A stretch of 63,603 nt of DNA, the filler included, from Chiloscyllium plagiosum (Eukaryota), in NCBI RefSeq assembly GCF_004010195.1. It is 5 parts of one record of this genome, joined end to end, with 100 filler letters (N's around TTAATTAATTAA, not from the genome) between each part and the next. Parts side by side here need not be neighbours in the genome. Positions count along the whole stretch, not along the records: positions 60,223 to 63,603 come from NC_057717.1; 4 more parts are not named here. One strand, written 5' to 3'. The position numbers were made by a program, and so were the translations under genes. Below are positions 60,223 through 63,603 of this stretch, piece by piece; positions within the stretch are counted from its first letter, which is position 1; every line of letters starts with the position of its first letter. The notes under the pieces were generated by a model. The model made no database searches and was not told where the DNA came from. It worked only from the letters and a program-made list of their open reading frames with translations.

Positions 60223-63065
60223 AGGGGGTAAAGAGGAGATTCGCCAAGATGTTTCATGGGATGGAGCTTATCAGGGATGAAGAGAGATTGGATAAGCTCG
60301 GGTTGTTTACTTTGGAATAGATAGGGCTGAAGGGGACGTGATTCAGAAGGATAAGATTACAAGAGACATGGACAAGGTGGACAGACAACAGCTGTTCCTT
60401 TTAGTCAAAAGGCCAAGAACAAGGGATAAGATGTTTAAAGTGAAGGCTTTGTGGTTTAGAGAGAATTTGACAATTGTTTTTTTCACTCAGAGAGTGTTGT
60501 GGTCTGCAATGCACTCCCAGAGAGGGGTGTTGTCGTGGGTCACCTCACAACCGTTAAGAAGTACATGGGCCAGCATCAGAGTCTAATAATATTCCCCCTA
60601 CAGGCTGCATGTAGGAATGTGGGAATAATGTATATCGTGCTGTATTTCTGATGGTGCAGAATATCTCCTTCTCTGATTGTATGATTGTGGAAGGGTAGTC
60701 ATTGAGCAGCCTAAGGCAGAAATTGCTGGGTTCTGAAAACACGTATTAATAAAGGTTATACAACTCAATTGCAATAGCTTCCAAAAGTATGTTATTGTGA
60801 AAGTAATCGAAAAATAGCAGTTTATTACAATCTGAAACCAGAGAATGGAGAATGGAAAAGAGGGAAATTGCGGAACTGTGAAGCAAGTACTTCTATTCTG
60901 TCTTCACAGAAGAAAATATCAAGAAAACAAAAAAAAAACTTTCCAGCTCGACTAGGAAACAAAGTCAGGTGAAAAAAAGAATAGAATGAAATTAGTCAAT
61001 ACATTGTTTTGTAGAAAATATTGGGACTGTAAGTAATGAACATAGACGACGTCAGCATAAATTTATGAAATGGGATCATATTTGAGATACTGGCTGGTTA
61101 GTTAATTATGGTGAAGCAATGGATGTAATATATTTGAATTTTTGAAAAGTTTTTCGGTAAATTCCCAAAACTAATGTGCAGCATCACATCTTATGGAACT
61201 GGGGCTAACGTATGGACATGGCCTTAGCACGACATAGCTGGCAGGAAACAATGAGTGGTATATTTTGATATCGATTTTGTGTTTACTCTCAGATGTATTT
61301 CACGGGGTAAATACAAGACATTTGTGCATCAAACTGGCACCGTTTTAAATAATTTGAATACTGAATATTGAAAAAAGTTAAATGTATAGGTAGAAGAAAG
61401 TCCATGGGTCCTGAGTCAGCGCCTTACTATCGGTGACACCTGCATCCCCCATCACTGGACATCAGCGTCATCACCATCTACACCAGAGGCTACTAACATC
61501 GAAGTTGCTGATCCTCAGGTGCCAACTTGGCTGCTGGGCCAATATTCTTCCATCACCACCTCGTCGCCCCAATTGCCAGACCCTCCAATGTCAGAGACAT
61601 GTCTCTTACGGTTGTGCACACCTCATCGACGTTGCCATGATGCCCTTTCATCGTCTACTTCATTAGCACCAACGCACCATCCAACCAACAACGAAGTTCC
61701 TGATCCTCTGGCATCACATTTTGCTACTGGGCCTACCTCACACATGTTGCCTCTGCTGATGTAGCAGTCGCAAATTCCAGGTCCTGTGCATGCTCCGGAA
61801 AAGCAAGCAGGGACACACTCTCCGCTGCACTGGGCCCAGCTCAAGGTCCATACACTGTGCTCCACTTGAGACCTCTCGACGACCATGCCCTGAGTTCATT
61901 GAAAGTCTGCATATTTGCGCTGTCGTTGCTGCTGATGCTGTCCAAGCTACAAAGTCAGTAAGTTACAGAGAGAAAAGAGAGGGGGAGAAAATAAGGGAAA
62001 AAAGCAAGTCAGAATGTACAAGCCCTAGCAAAGGAGCCATTAAACCAGAACGACCTGAATAAAAGGACCCTTTCATTGAAGACGAAGGCTCATGGTGTAT
62101 CACAGGAATCGAGGATTGGATCCCAACTATTCCTAACACATCCAATATTTGGTTGAGGGAACCAAATGCAGTATTTCCCAGCCCGCTGACAGCAATAAAT
62201 CATGTTGGATTGTCAGTGGGTGAGGAGGATGCAGAAAAGCTCTAAATTGATTGAGATAAGTGGAGTGAATGTTTGGCAGATCTCGAGCAGTTTGGGTAAA
62301 TGTGACGTTTGTGCAATTCGTGGCATTGGCAGGCTGACCAGTGTATATAGGCACAGCAAGTGGGAGCTGTAACATTGAAAATGATCTGGATCTCCCTGTA
62401 CTCCAGTCACCGAAAGCAATATTGCAGGAACAGAAAGCAATTAGCAACATAAATAATGTGTTGACCTTCATTTCAGAGGGATTTGAGTCCAGGAGTAAGG
62501 TTGTCTTACTGCAGCTGTACAGGGCCTTGGTGAGACCCCATCTCGAACATTGTATAGTATTGTGTGCAGTTTTGGTCTTCTTACCTAATAAAGGACAAAG
62601 CTGACATTGAGGAAGAGCAGTGAAGGATGACCAGACTGATCTCTGGGATGACAGGCTTGTTGTTTGAGAAGGGAATGACGCGACTGGGCCTGTATTCCAT
62701 GGTGTTTAAGAAGATGAGTGGTGATCACAGTGAGATATATAAAACTCTGACAGAGTGAGACAGATTGGAAGCATGGATTATAATTCCCCTGGCTGAGATG
62801 TCTAACACCACGGGCCACAGTATTAGGTGCAGACTAGCCACACTGCATTGAGATGAGAATAAATGTCTACACTCAGAGACTGGTGAACCTAGAGAATTCG
62901 CTCCCAGGTCAGGGTGTGGAAACCAAGAGACTGGTTATACACAAGGATTTCTAGGCAGTAAATGGGTGGCGATAATAGGCTTATGGTGTGGAGATAAACG
63001 ATCAGCTGTCATTGTATTGAATGGGGTAGAACATTCTACTACTGTAGTTCCTATTTTATATATTT
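60223..63065 (+). mobile_element. Decayed CR1/L2 fragments with an unidentified insert at ~61400-62050
   Basis: FFTQRVLW; LTFISEGFESRSKVVLLQLYRALVRPHLEHC. Confidence 0.75.
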
Positions 63066-63339
63066 CCGTTGTTTAATCACGTTACGGGATGTGAATATTG
63101 TTTGGGAAAACTGCATTGAGATTGCCTCCATGCGCTGGAATGGGGGAAAGCTCAGTGTGTTGATTGGCCTACTCATTTCCCGATGTTTCTGTGCAGTCTG
63201 TGGAAAAGCTCTGTGAATGTAGTCAGAAGCTCTCAGATGTTAAGAAGGAGGTCTCTGCAGGGACAACAGGACTGTGTTTCCCATTCACTTTTCGAATACT
63301 AATGCTGGTGCCGAGTGTTCTGTCCGGGTTTATCCTTTA

Positions 63340-63603
63340 AGACGTCAGAGCAGTTTGATGCTATTGAGTGTCTTCCTTGGCCAATTTAGAGACTATTGAA
63401 GAGTGTATCACATGTTTGTGTGTTCGGAGTCAGTTTTAGGCCAGACAAGGAAAGCACGGGAGATTCACTTTCTCAAAGTACATTGGGGAAGGCAATTGGT
63501 GTTTGCAAATTGGCTTCAAGGTCACTACTACTGACTAGATTTTACAACTCGATGTTTTATTAATTCTTTTTAACTTCCACCAGCTGCCAGAGCATTGGCC
63601 TGG
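63340..63603 (-). mobile_element. Shark tRNA-derived SINE fragment (non-HE1)
   Basis: cttggccaatttagagactattgaagagt...ggagtcagttttaggccagac resembles 20830-21020. Confidence 0.55.

Noticed and set aside
61400..62050. Ser/Thr/Pro-rich short ORFs
   Set aside because: No recognisable domain or splice structure; they sit inside a LINE and are probably the non-coding part of an unidentified repeat.

Overview
Vertebrate, very probably elasmobranch (shark) genomic DNA. The taxon is inferred from HE1/V-SINE-type SINEs, shark-type CR1 LINEs and Penelope-like elements (PLEs). The draft assembly has sized N gaps plus four artificial 100-bp spacers (44N-TTAATTAATTAA-44N), so contiguity across those spacers is not guaranteed. 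Most of the window is decayed retroelements (CR1/L2, L1, RTE, PLEs with hammerhead-ribozyme-type cores, solo LTRs, SINEs) and minisatellites (37, 40, 42, 53 and 60 bp units). The only host-gene signal is a GPR139/GPR142-like class A GPCR. Its exon 2 starts at 59809, covers TM1-TM3 and is cut by a gap. A candidate exon 1 (45142-45286) has a phase-matched GT donor, a 7-aa Asn-repeat N-terminus and what look like two compensating frameshifts in TM1. Old segmental duplications with shared TE junctions suggest a tandem receptor array. Other notable structures are a four-level TE nest, a near-full-length PLE scrambled into a large inverted repeat, and several minimal hammerhead motifs. All family calls are by-eye recognition; no database searches were run, and TE boundaries are approximate unless a TSD is given.
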